From the NCBI GenBank assembly GCA_050575255.1, contig JBNZDD010013628.1, positions 839,396 to 903,395 of the forward strand: a stretch of 64,000 nucleotides of DNA. The letters run 5' to 3'. The notes beneath the pieces were generated by a model. It did no database searches and was not told the DNA's origin. It was given only the letters and a program-made list of their open reading frames with translations. Both the position numbers and the translations under genes were made by a program. Source of the DNA: Harriotta raleighana. Its lineage: Eukaryota. Each line of letters begins with the position of its first letter. Position 1 is the stretch's first letter. This document shows, one piece after another, positions 38,872 to 51,000 of this stretch.

Positions 38872-39997
38872 GGAATGAATCCTGTAGTGATTAGTGAGCT
38901 CGCCTCATGTGTGAGAGGACGAGTGTGCGATTCCTGAGTGGGGCGATACATTCAGCAACTTTTCTTACTCCACATGCCTCGGTTTAGTAGGAAGTAGGAA
39001 CTCACTTGTGAGTCAATTGGTGGATTGCTATCCGGGGGTAATAATCCCATTGAAAAAAAATAATAATAATTTGCTCATTCAATCCATGACTATTTATGGG
39101 ACACTGCAATGCACAATCAGCTGCCGCATTTCGCCCACAAAATAATAAACACTACACTGTCCCTGCACTGTCTCATGTGGTGTTCCTCAAGCTCTGTCCT
39201 CGGTTCCCTCCTCTTCAACCTCCACATGCTCGCCCTTGGTGATATCCTCCATTGACATGGGGTTAATTTCCATATGTACATGGATGACACCCAACTCTAT
39301 ATCTCTGCCTCCACCCTCGATTCCAGGTCATCTGACTGACTGTCTTGTCAGACATCAAGTCCTCGATAAGAGACAACTACAGCAGGACCAAGGCTCTCTT
39401 GATTGGCTCGCGCAAATGCCTCTGCACCACAGGCACTGGCATCAATCACCCCACCCTTCCCTCGTTCTATTGGCTCCCCATCCCTCAGAGGGTACAATTT
39501 AAGATCTTCGTCCTCACTTTCAATGTCCTCCTTGGCCTTGCCCCCAACTATCCCTCTGACCTGCTCAACCTGTCCACTTCCTCCGTTCAGCAGGCTCCAG
39601 CCTGCTCCATGTCTCCTGCCCGACCTGCCCTACTATCGGTAGCCAGGCTTTCAGCCACTCTGCCCCCACTTTTTTTTAACTCCATCCCACAATCCCTTTG
39701 CCTTACTCCATCCCTTGCTTCCTTCAAGGCCCGAATCCTGAAGCTCCTTTTTGACTGTGCCTTAAGCTGCCCCCTATCTCTCTGCTCTCCCTCATCCCAA
39801 CCCTGCCCCAACCCTTCTCTTCCCTTCCCTTCCCCCAACCTGATCTCTTACTGTTCAGTGCCTTGAGACGTCCTCCCAATGTGAAAGGCATTCTACAAAT
39901 GCAATTTTGTTATTGTTGTACAGTATATTCTGTGAAGTGCTTTGAAATGTCTTGACAGCGTGATAAAGCACTATATCAAATATAAGGATTATTATTG
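38872..39997 (+). mobile_element. tRNA-SINE split by an L2 insertion
   Basis: SINE runs to ...cactacactgt (39160) and resumes as tacagtatattctgtgaagtg at 39919. Confidence 0.8.
39161..39918 (+). mobile_element. Internally deleted L2 nested in the SINE
   Basis: ggtgttcctcaag (GVPQ), atggatgacacccaactc (DDTQL), WLPIPQRVQFKI, type-B tail. Confidence 0.9.
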
Positions 39998-40024
39998 TTA
40001 TCATTGCACAAGGTATACACTATG

Positions 40025-40270
40025 CAGAAATCTGCAGCCCGTATAATAATTGCTGCATTTGATATCATGTCATCGAAACAGCTCAAAACGTTTTGCAGGA
40101 TTTTATTGTGAAGTGACTATGCATTTGTTGGCAAACACAGCAGCCAATTTGTACACGGCAGTGTCCCACAAACAGCCTTGAAGTGAAGGAACAATTTTAT
40201 TTGGAGGATTGTGTGCCAGGACACTGAGAGAAATTCCTTTCTCATTTTATGTATCTATGGAGTAAGAATG
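40025..40270 (-). mobile_element. Deu-type SINE 3' part
   Basis: gcagccaatttgtacacggcagtgtcccacaaacagcc...gccaggacactgagagaaattcc. Confidence 0.7.
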
Positions 40271-41219
40271 CACAGCTACCGCCAGATTTCAGTATGTCCA
40301 CATTCTTGCATGGAAATTTGCTGTCAATGGTTGGCTAGGCCATCCAATGGAATATTAGATGTAATAATGCCAATTAAACAGCTTAATAACCAGAAGTGAC
40401 CCACTTAACCTTCAGTAATGAGTCTGACTTTGTTCCTGCTGGTATATCTGGAAAAAAGAGCACGCAATGCCACACACAACCACACAACAGGGAACAGGAG
40501 CTTGAGTAAAACATTAAAAGAAAATAAATTAAAGGATTCAAAGCAACTAATCTATAACTATTTCAATGGTTATGTTAAAACAGCCATCTCGAAAAGAGTG
40601 TTTCTCTCTCTGTGCTGACCGACAATCCTCCCAAAATCAAATGGTTATTCACCTCCCAGCTGTTTGTGGGCAATGTTGTGTGCAAATGAACTGCTGTGTT
40701 TGCTTACTATCTTTGCAAATCTTGCAAAGTACTTTGAGAAATGTTGATGTTATAACCACTATATTAATGCAAGTATTGTTTTTATTATAACAATATTATT
40801 AACTCAGAAGAATGCCCTCGTGATGTCAGAAAAATACATTTAACATGGTCTGTAATGAACAATGTAAAAATTGGCAAAATCGTATCAGAGCTTGAAGTTG
40901 GACTCAATACATCAGAAAAAAAGGAAGAAAATACAATGTTTCATAACTGATTAATAATGTCCTATTTCTCAATGCATTTTCACACCAAGAAAATAATGGT
41001 AAGTGGATTTGTACTGTCTCCATTACAGTTACAACAATAAAATTATGTTTGTATAGGTCCTTTTATGTCAGGAGGACATCTTAAGGTGCTGGATAGTCAA
41101 TGTTCAGTTGAAGCACAGTATGTTTTTTCAACTCCTACATTAGGATTTGTTGAAGAATATTTTTCTAAAATTAAATCAAATCTGAATTTATGTTTCTAAA
41201 TTTTTTTTAAATTAAATGT

Positions 41220-41406
41220 TCTTCATGGTCTCTCCTCATCTTACCTCTGCGACATCCTGCAACCCTGCTGGCCCGATGATCCAGTTGACCTTCTTCATCC
41301 AAACCAATTTTGTGATTTTATATAAGAAAGTACCAAATACTGTTCAGTGCCTTGGGACGTCCTCCTTACGTGAAAGGCACTCTATAAATGTAATTTTGTT
41401 GTTGTT
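41220..41406 (+). mobile_element. Short deleted L2 3' fragment
   Basis: cttcatggtctctcctcatcttacctctgcgacatcctg and an intact type-B tail at 41345-41406. Confidence 0.75.
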
Positions 41407-41713
41407 CTTTATCAAAGTACCAAGAAAAGAGGAAAGAATGTCTCTGACTCAGAGTGAAGGAGATTTACCCTCAAGCGTCCCTCTACCTCTTCCTCATTCA
41501 ACACCTTGAAACATCAGGATTTGTGTTCAAAATATTAATTCTTCTGCAAAAGTGTTATATATTTTTCTATTATATTTTGAAGGAATTATTACCCCCGAAA
41601 AGCGATTTGCCAATCGATTACCAACCAAGTTTCTACTTACTATTGTGTATATGTAACAATTTCAGCCTTGATGTGTTCAAAACAGTTATGCTTCTGTGAA
41701 ATTGTTTTTTCAA

Positions 41714-42025
41714 CTGTAAGTAGGAACCCATTTGTTACTCGATTGGTGAATTGCTTTTGGGTCAGTAATAATCCCTTCAAATACTGTAATTATAAAATAA
41801 TTTGGTCACTCAATCCATGACTTTTTGTGGGACACTGATGTGTGAAATTGTCTGCTGAGTTTCGCCCACAAAATACATAATCGTGGATTGAATGACTAAA
41901 TTATTTTAATTATCTTTGAAGGGATTATTATCGCTGGCAAGCGATTCACCAATTGAATAACAACTGGGTTCCTATTTACTGTTAGGTAAACATATTTGTG
42001 TAGAATAAAGAAACTTGCCTAAGCT
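41714..42025. mobile_element. Two adjacent inverted SINE fragments (41714-41878 +, 41881-42025 -)
   Basis: gtaagtaggaacccatttgttactcgattggtgaattgc...caatccatga vs reverse complement cagtaaataggaacccagttgttattcaattggtgaatcgc...caatccacga. Confidence 0.85.
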
Positions 42026-42084
42026 TTCAAAGACAGACAAACACACAGACTGATAGAGAGACAGAAAGGTAGAAACACAGATAA

Positions 42085-42330
42085 ATAATAATCCTTGCAT
42101 TTGATCTACCACCTTATCATGACATTGACAGGTATTAAAGTGCTTCACATGATATGCTGTAAAGTTTAGTATATTTTATGGGTGAAATGTGCCAACTGAT
42201 TGTGAACACAAACAGCCGTGGATTGAATGACCACTTTTTTTTTAAGGTTTATTACCCCAGAAACAATCAAGTTTCTACTTACTGCTAGGTAAACAGAGGT
42301 GTGTGAAGTTAGGAAACTTGTCTAAGGTTT
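42085..42330 (-). mobile_element. tRNA-SINE, headless
   Basis: Reverse-complement tail and body (ctacttactgctaggtaaacagaggtgtgtgaagttaggaaacttg). Confidence 0.8.
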
Positions 42331-42799
42331 TCAAAAACACTTGCCTCGGGTTTCACCCTATTACATAAGAGCATATAGTAGCATACAATCAACAAGGGCA
42401 TTTGATACATGAAGCTTGGTCTTTCTAGTAGACCACACAGAGTCTGCACTGCCATAGAATTTATCTTATTTAAATATCTGAAGGTGGTGAATAATCACTG
42501 GTAAAAAGTTCAAAATTATGCAACACTACATTGTTTTCCTGCCCCCAAGATAAATAGATGAGAGCTACAGCACAAATCAACCTCGCAATCACAAATGTAC
42601 CTGATCAAATCCACCCCCTCCTACCCACGCCCCATTTGCATTCAACCTATATTATGTCCCAAGAGCACTGGAATCAAAGTGTTCAAAAGAGTATTTGATT
42701 GTCCATGTCTGCATTTATTCTCATAATTGAGTTAGTCAAGCCTTAAGTATCACGGTTTGTTGCTCCACTCAGTAACTGACCACAACTGGATTAATGTAG

Positions 42800-43220
42800 T
42801 TAGTTCTTCTATCTCCGCCACATTGTCTGTCTCCGTCAATACCTCACCACAAAAGCTGCCGAAACTATGGTGCATACCTTTGACACATCTTGGCTGGACA
42901 ACACCAATGCCCTCCTCGTCAGTCACCCCTCCTCCACCATTCACAAAATTCAGTTCATCCAAAACTCCGCCACCCACTTTTTCACCTGCACAAAACTTCG
43001 TATCCCATTACCCCAATCCTTGCCAATTCCTGGCTCCCTGTCATGGAGCAGATTGACTTCAAGAACCTCACTCTTGAATCCCAAAAGACCATTCTCTTCG
43101 ACCACACTTACAGTTAACTTCACCCTGCCCTTGGCTTGGCCTCGGACGCCGCCATTGCTAGATGCTCCGAGATGCCACCCAGCATGGAGGGCACTATATA
43201 CATGCAAGTTATTGTTGTTA
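42800..43220 (+). mobile_element. Internally deleted L2 (type A tail)
   Basis: VHTFDTSWLDNTNALL...IHKIQFIQNSA; tail ccgagatgccacccagcatggagggcactatatac. Confidence 0.85.
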
Positions 43221-43759
43221 GTCTAGCTTCCAGAGTTATGCACAGAGTTTTACAACAGAAATAACCAACATACAGATTATTTAATTACATTTTCTTTTCA
43301 CCAAACAGGCATTTCTGCATTAACATATTTATTCAATACATTTATTTTCATAAGAACATAAGAACATAAAAAGTAGGAGTAGGCCAACAACCATTAGCAA
43401 ATGGGGGAGGTCCACTTTGCAAGGGACTGAATTTTCTATTTTTATTTTCTAAAAACATTTCTGGCAACAAATATGACTGTGGGATTCTTACGGGCAGTAT
43501 TTACAAACCAAATGTGTTGTGTTATGTGTGATTTCTGGTCTGAAAAATGTTGGCCAGCAAATCACAAATTCCAACTCATCAAAGTCTAAAAAAGCCAACA
43601 AGCAAAACAGCCTTCTCTTTTCTATCAGGATTTTGAATACCAGCATTTGGGGAATTTGCTGGCTTGGAATGCATAATTTGGGAGCTACACATTTTGTACA
43701 TGGAAGTTGCAATAATCCAAACAATATAGTTTCTGAATATGTTAAACTCAACTATCAAC

Positions 43760-44045
43760 TCCTTACATTTGATACAACACCTTATCAAGTCATCAAAGTG
43801 TTTTAAAGCATCACAGGATTTTACTGCAAGGCAGCAATAGAGTACAGTATTTTGTAGGTGAATGCGACAGCCAATTTTTGCTCAGGAACGTCCCATGGAC
43901 AGCCATAAAGTAAATGACCAATTTTATCTGAAGGATTGATGGCCAGCGCACAACTCTCTTCTCTATCATAGTAGTGCTGTGAAATCTTTACCGTTCACCT
44001 GAACAGGCAGCTGAGGCCTTAATTTAGCATCTTGTCTGAAGAACC
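43760..44045 (-). mobile_element. Deu-type SINE
   Basis: gaaatctttaccgttcacctgaacaggcagctgaggccttaatttagcatcttgtctgaa, a reverse-complement Deu-like domain. Confidence 0.75.
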
Positions 44046-44544
44046 GTTCTTTGTTGTATAAAATTACATTTAGAAGCCAGGTAGCTTGCCTTGAGTCTTA
44101 TGATTCACAAAAACGTATGAAGAAAGATAATTGTGATAATACATATCATTTTTGATACAGTCCCTTTCTGTTATAATCAACAATTTTGTGGTAAGGCATT
44201 GATTTTCAAATTCCCATGTGATGTCATCATACCCTTTCATGTAAACTTCTATAAATCCTGAAGTTTCAATATGTAGCATGGTATATATTGAGGCGTTACG
44301 ACTGAGGATTCATAGAAAAGCATGTGATCTATAAAGCAGTACTTGAAATGTGCCTCTTAGTGCACATAAACAAAATAGAAAATATGAATTTATGGTACTC
44401 AGTTGGATCATTTCCAAAATAATCACAGGGCCGGCTATAAACAGTGTGAGAGAGTAACTGGATAACTGGATTTCTGTACATTTTTATTCGCTAATAAATA
44501 TGAAGTACATAAAGTAGTAGTAATAATAATAAATATAAATATAA

Positions 44545-44850
44545 TTGTTGCATTTGGTACAGTGCCTTTCATAATAGGAGGATATCCCAAAGTGTTTCAC
44601 AGGATATACTCCAAAGTAGAGTCACTGAATTTATGGGCAAATGTGTCAGCCAGTTCACATACAGCAATACCCCACAAACAGCTGTGAAGTGAAATGACCA
44701 AATTGATTTGAAGGATTATTGGCCAGTAAACCAGGAAAATCACCTTTTTTTTTTCAAATAACATCATGGGATTTTTGACATTCAACTCAAAAGGCAGACA
44801 AGACCTTGTCTTAACATTTCATCCGAAGATGCCACCTCCAACAAATGCAG
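44545..44850 (-). mobile_element. Deu-type (SacSINE1/AmnSINE1-like) SINE
   Basis: Reverse complement ttcggatgaaatgttaagacaaggtcttgtctgcc...aaaaatcccatgatgttatttgaa...ctggccaata...gctgtttgtggggtattgctgt resembles the Deu domain and tail as I recall them. Confidence 0.82.
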
Positions 44851-45374
44851 AACCACTTCCCGCCATCCGTCTCCATCATGGAGGCCCTCCACCTCATCCC
44901 TCGCTTCGCACTTTTTAGCACACCTTCAGAATTTTGTCTCTCAATACCCTTCCTTCTCAGCAACCCCATCCCCAGTTAACTTATTGAGGCAAGCATGAAT
45001 GTAAAATTCTTATTGTACCTGCCTTAATTTTCTGTGAATATCATTCTTCCCCATATTTTGCTTTATTTGTGCTATATTTTTGCACTGTAGACCATTCAAT
45101 CATTCTCGACCACCTCTCCTCCCTTATCCACCTCAATACTCTCCTAGTTCCAATCCTATTCACTCCATTATCTTCACTTTGTCTCCGCCAAAGGTTTCTC
45201 CTCTGGCCCGTGTACAATCAATTGAGGTGTGCCTCAGGACTCAATCCTTGGACCCTTCCTTGTCTACATCAAAATGTTTCTTCCCAGTGAAATCATCCAT
45301 CACTGAGAAGAATTCAAAAGTGTTATCCTAAGTGAAGCACGTTGTTCGTGAACATATTTTGCAGCTCAATCCAG

Positions 45375-45522
45375 AACTGTTGTGGGATACTGCTGTGCAC
45401 AATTGGCTGCTGCATTTCGACCATAACTACACAATCAATTAACTTTGCAGTAAATTCCAAGAATCACTGAGATGTCTAGAAGACATGAAAAGTGTACGAT
45501 CGAATGCAAGGATTATTATTAT
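45375..45522 (+). mobile_element. SINE 3' tail
   Basis: tgtgggatactgctgtgcacaattggctgc...gatgtctagaagacatgaaaag...gcaaggattattatt. Confidence 0.8.
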
Positions 45523-45829
45523 TAATATTAATTCTAACATTGAATCTGTCATCCCATTTTCACCTTCCACATACCTGACTAATCACAATGATAGTACTCG
45601 CTGATACTGTATATCTTGCTGATACTGTATATAAAATGCTCAACCAAGTGTTCTGTCTAGTTCTAGGTGGAGCAGATGAAAAGGTTAAGGGCTTTTACAT
45701 AATGATACTCCAACTTTGCCTTTCTGCAATTTCTCCAACAACATCTTTCCACTCATCATTTTGGGCATAGAAAAATCAAGATATGTTTTCTGGTAGAAAA
45801 CACACATGTTTAGATGAATCTACCTGCTC

Positions 45830-46070
45830 TTCTGGTAAATGTTAAAGATTATCCTGACATTATTTGAAAAGTGGAAGGAATTTCTCCCGATATCCTGGTC
45901 AACAATTGGTCATTTAGTTAATGATTCCTCTTGGGTCCTTGATGCTGCAAATGGCTGTCGTATTTGAAAACAAACACTGGCACTTGGCATTGCATAAGAC
46001 AGAAATTATTAGCGAAACTCTTTTAAGATGCTTTGATATGATGAGGTTTTATAAAAACACAAGTTCTTTT
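45830..46070 (+). mobile_element. Old Deu-type SINE
   Basis: ggtaaatgttaaagattatcctgacattatttgaa...tttctcccgatatcctggtcaaca. Confidence 0.6.
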
Positions 46071-47001
46071 GTACAATGCAATACAAATTTACATTTATAT
46101 TGCTCTGTTCACATCAAGAAGACGCCCCAAAGCACTTTATATTAAAATAGACAAATTACCAATTGCTGGAGAAAATAGCTACAATAGTAACTTAGCTGAC
46201 AAGTTCTTACTGCCAATTGATTGCAAAATCCCATCTATATTGTAGTTTCTTATTCAGGGAAACTGCCATGAAACCAGTGCCTCCTATAATTACTGTGTAC
46301 TTTAATGGCTGAACAACTTTGTAAAAGTGAATCATTACCAGGTTTATGAAATTTTGATTTCAGATGAATTATGACTGAACGTTCACACTTGTTGTTTCAT
46401 CCTACCATCAGCCTTCAGGTTTTATTCCTCCGCCAAATTTCACTGCACAACTATTTTCATTCACACCCAAGAGAACATTTCAACAGGTTATAGGCGCCAA
46501 GTATACTTTGTCCAACAATTATGTATTCTGTCAAACTGCTCAGGGGATTCATAGTCCCTGAGGTTTATTCCTGTGTATTAAGTTGTTGTAACCACTGCCT
46601 TATTGTTGTGTATTGTTTGTCACAGGGACTCCCTTTCATAGCGAGACCCTGTTTGCCACCAATTCCTTCCATCAGTACATTCAATAAATCAAGAGGCTGC
46701 TTGAGCATTTTGACAGTTTGATGAGATGGGAAATCATTTAGTTACAGTAAATGGCTCCACCTGAGACTGGAATATTTTCAGCAATGACTCAGAGTAGGAG
46801 GGGATACTCTGAGTGCTGGGAAGTTTAGGATACTTTAAAAAGGGTGATGCATATTATGGAAATTCCATTAACCATGCAGATACATGCATGAAACATATCA
46901 GCTGTAGAGCAACGCTTTCATTAAATATCCATAGATTGAGGTTGGGGTGCCTTCACCCCGAGCTCAGCAATTGAAGCCACATAAGCAGATTGAATACTGT
47001 A

Positions 47002-48003
47002 CAGCTAACCCTCGTCGTAGGCGACTTTATCGATTGCGAATTCAAGTAAACGCAACAAAACAAAAGCATCACTTTTTTGTGCAGCGCGTGTAAAACTTGT
47101 GTATACACGCTGGCTGGCCCCCACGTGCATGCGCACAGGTGAAGACGCCGATAACTCACGACTAAATCCGATGATTCCTCGGCTGGCTGGTTCCTGCCCC
47201 CATGCGCATTTTTGACGATGCCGGCAGATCCCGCCTAAAACCGATGATTCCTCGGCTGGCTGGCCCCGCATGCAATGCATTCCTGGGTAAATACAATAAC
47301 ACTTCGGCCTCGGAGAATCCTGTTGGATTGCATGGTAAACAGAAGAGACAGAGAGACAGGATCGTACAGTAATATAGCCTAATCTATCCTGTTGTTTTTT
47401 TTATTACTTTACTAAAATAAAGTGATAACAAAGCCGCTGTAACCTTTCCGTGTCTCCCGTCCTGACAACCTGCTCCTCTCTGCCCCCTAGACGTGCCCCC
47501 GAGGGGTTCTCTGCCCCCTACCTCTGTGAGTCCTCCCCTCACCTCCCAGAGTTCCCCCCACCCATGATCGACTCTCTGCCCCCCACCTCCCTGAGTCCCC
47601 CGCGCTCCCAATCGGCACTCTGCCCCCAAACTCCCCGAGTCCCCCCCACCTCTGAGCGACTATCTGTTCCCTCCCCCCTGCCCGATTTCTCTCTGCCTCC
47701 CTCCCGGGCTGCCCTGATATGCCCATTTCCTGGGAGGTAGAAGAGACAAGAGCAGGAAGAGTGGACGGGGGGAGAGCAACAAGAGTGGGGAGAGACAGGC
47801 AGAGCGAGGAGAGGGCCAGACAGCTGTAGCCCACCTCAGTAGGTACCTTGCTTCGGATGTGCTTGGAGGCTTGAGGTGGGTAGCCTGAGACGGGATTCCC
47901 CTAACCCCCCTTTTCCCATGATTTCTTAAGTTTCTCCAACGCAATTTTGTTGAGTGCACAGTTTTCCAGGAACGTAATCCCCGCGATCGACGAGGGTTAA
48001 CTG
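47002..48003. mobile_element. ~1-kb non-autonomous Tigger/pogo-like DNA transposon (MITE family 2)
   Basis: TA|cagctaaccctcgtcg ... cgacgagggttaactg|TA (16-bp TIR, one mismatch); GC/CpG-rich interior; no transposase ORF. Confidence 0.9.
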
Positions 48004-51000
48004 TATAGACATCTAGTTTTACTGACTTTCAAAGGGAAAAAAAAACACATCTCTATGTATGTATCCACAGTTTTCTAGTTCAAACTACCTGCATGCAGCA
48101 GACTGGACAGAAATGGGATTGGCCTGGGATGGAGCTATTTATTGTAATGCAATAATACAGTAAAAAAAATTACATGTGTATGATTCCTTTGATGTAAAAT
48201 AACAGTTCTCGAAGCTGTTCAAAAAACGAAACTGATTGGACGTGAGCTGAATATTATATGTGAATATAATTTATAATATTTTCAAATGCGGGGAGTGCTT
48301 AACAAACAAACCTCTGAATTATCAGCCATGGCATGACATTTATCCTTGTGGTAGGTTTTTATGAAGCCATCTGACATCCACTACATACACTACAGTTGGA
48401 ATTTAGATTTTTGGCAGATTTGACTTCCAATTACCAAGATAAATGGGTATAAAGAATGTAACTCAGGGAAAGTGCTGCATTTCTTCTTCATTTTGTGAAC
48501 CTGAAATGAAACTTTTTTGTTAAAAAGAATTGTAATCTTGAAATTGATTGTTTCCCGTTACTAAAGTCAATTAAAGCTTTATACTGTATAAAGTAAAATT
48601 AAAATTTTTTTGCAAACCCTGTGACACAGGGCTTTTGTGTTTATTATTTGAGTCATATTCAATTCTACACCCAGATTAAACCACAAAAGATTAGCACTCA
48701 AATGCTCACTATTAGCGGAGGTTCATTTCTGTTACTTTTGAATCTCTATAAATAGTGTTTTACTTATATAAACAACAAATCCATGGAATACGAATACTTG
48801 CTGGGAATGGAACAATGCATAATCATAATTCTTGCATTTTTTATGATGACTTATCACATTGAAAGAACTCAAAGCATTACTTTAAAACCCGGTGAATGTT
48901 ATTATGCAGGCAAAGTGCAGGTTAATTATGTAGCAATGATTTTTCTCATGGAAAACATTGCATCAACCCATAGTACAATCAAGTGCTCCATTCATTTGTT
49001 GTTATTCTATTGAATAATTGTGATATTTTGCCAAATATTAAAAAATTTCTTCTAACGGTTGAGTTTAGACTTTAGTACAAAGTGACATGAAAGGCTGTTG
49101 TTATATTTCCTCTGATGCACTTATGTGAGCTTGTTTATTAGCTAGCTTTATTTGGTTCACAGTGTTCACTGTCTGAGAAGCATGCATTGTGATCCCGAAC
49201 ATTTAACACAATTTTTTCAGGGAATTTGAACACTCCACAACAATTTCAAACGACAAATGAAAGTTCCACATTGGAAAACCATGTGCTCTGTTCACAGCAA
49301 TAACTTTAAGTGTATATGTCAACCGCGCTTAAGGTCGCCTTACCCCTCCCCTATGGGCTCCACCATTGTGAAGTGTTCTGAGTGCCTTGCGTAGAGCGCG
49401 CTATATCAATGCAAGTTGTTGTTGTAAGTATGTGTGGATGCTCATTAAAGGCACATACTCTGCTCTCAAACATCCTGTTGTCAAATTCATTGTCACTGAG
49501 AAAGAACAGAGTTAAGTGCTAGAGAGCCCATGAACTTGTACTCAGCACAAGTCTGCACCTGGAGAAAGGAGGAGGTCAAGAAACAAAAAGAGAAAGGTTT
49601 TATTATTCTCAGTTTCTTATCTGTAATATATCATTATTTATCATAAGTGAAAAGACTGGAACCTTGGTATGAAGTGTGTATTAAAATGTTTTCACAATCA
49701 TGAATTATTGTAAATAAGTCTCTATCGTGAGTCTTTGACTCACAATCACTTTTACAGTGCACATTGCTGCAATGGGGGAAGGGGAGGTTAGAAGACATAG
49801 TTACAGCACTACGCTCATTATACCACATCTCCAAACAGTGATCACCCCCATGACTGGGAGGATAATGAGGACACACCACACTACAATCAACTCCTCTGCT
49901 GTAACGGTGATACCTCTGCAGAAACAATGCTGGAGAAGATCACATACAACACACAGTAACAAGTAACCTAATGCAAAATGACTTAAAGCTGTGCACTTCT
50001 GAAAAACCTGCAGTGAATCTCCTGTAGCTGTAGAGGCTGCTGCAATATTTTCTGTGAACTGTTTTGAAGAAACGCAGCACAAAAGGCGAAGAATCACAAT
50101 GCTTTCTGGCAGCTCTGCACTAACTTTAACATCAATCTTTCACAAAAACTACCAGTGAGCTAATTGGGAATACATCATTCTGTTTCTCTGACCTTCTAAA
50201 ACACAACCCAGCTTTCTTGTAATCTTTCCTAGTACCAGGTAGATTTAGGATGTGATGTGGGCGGATAATGAATGAAAGGTGCAGGCAAAATGAAAATAAA
50301 AAGGCAATGCTGCGGAAAAAAAAATCAGATTAAAGATAGATGTACTGTAAGGAGGCAAAATGAAAAGTGAGAGGCCGCGTTATGAAAATGATGTAAAATA
50401 GGAAAGAAGGAATTCGAAAAAAGTAACTTAAAGTTCAGGGTTAGTTAAATGTCAATGCATAATTTGGTTAACAACTGGGCCATTCACATCAAGGCAAAAA
50501 CTCAGTAAGAAAATAGTTCTGGTTTTTTTTACATACATGTTAAATTCAGGCTGGTAGCAGCTGGCTGAGCTGAAGTGTTTTTTTAAATTAAAAGTGTGAC
50601 ATTACACTGGCTGTTACAACCCAAATCAGAGCATATTCAATCGGATTGAACGGGAAATAGTTTGGTATTCTGTGGAAATTAGAAAATTATAATATAAAAC
50701 TATTTGATAATAACCAGATTCTTTTGTAATGCATTTGAGCCAAAAGCATCAGTCAAATGGCATATTGGCTGCACTCCGAAAGAATATTTTGTATCCCAAA
50801 CATACATTTGCTCTGTATTGTATCTTGACAAAGGAGAAAAATGTGTTAACTCTATGATTAATTCAAATATTTACAGAAATGTTCAGTGTTCAAAGTTACG
50901 AATTCCTGGAAATTTAGAAGTCTCAATTACAACCTTCTTAGTGTGGCGCGGATTATGAATCAATTTCAAAAAGACCTTATTTGTTACTCAGCCTACTCAT

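Noticed and set aside
47384-47959. Cluster of overlapping Pro/Gly-rich ORFs
   Set aside because: By-product of the GC-rich, low-complexity interior of the MITE; no transposase motifs
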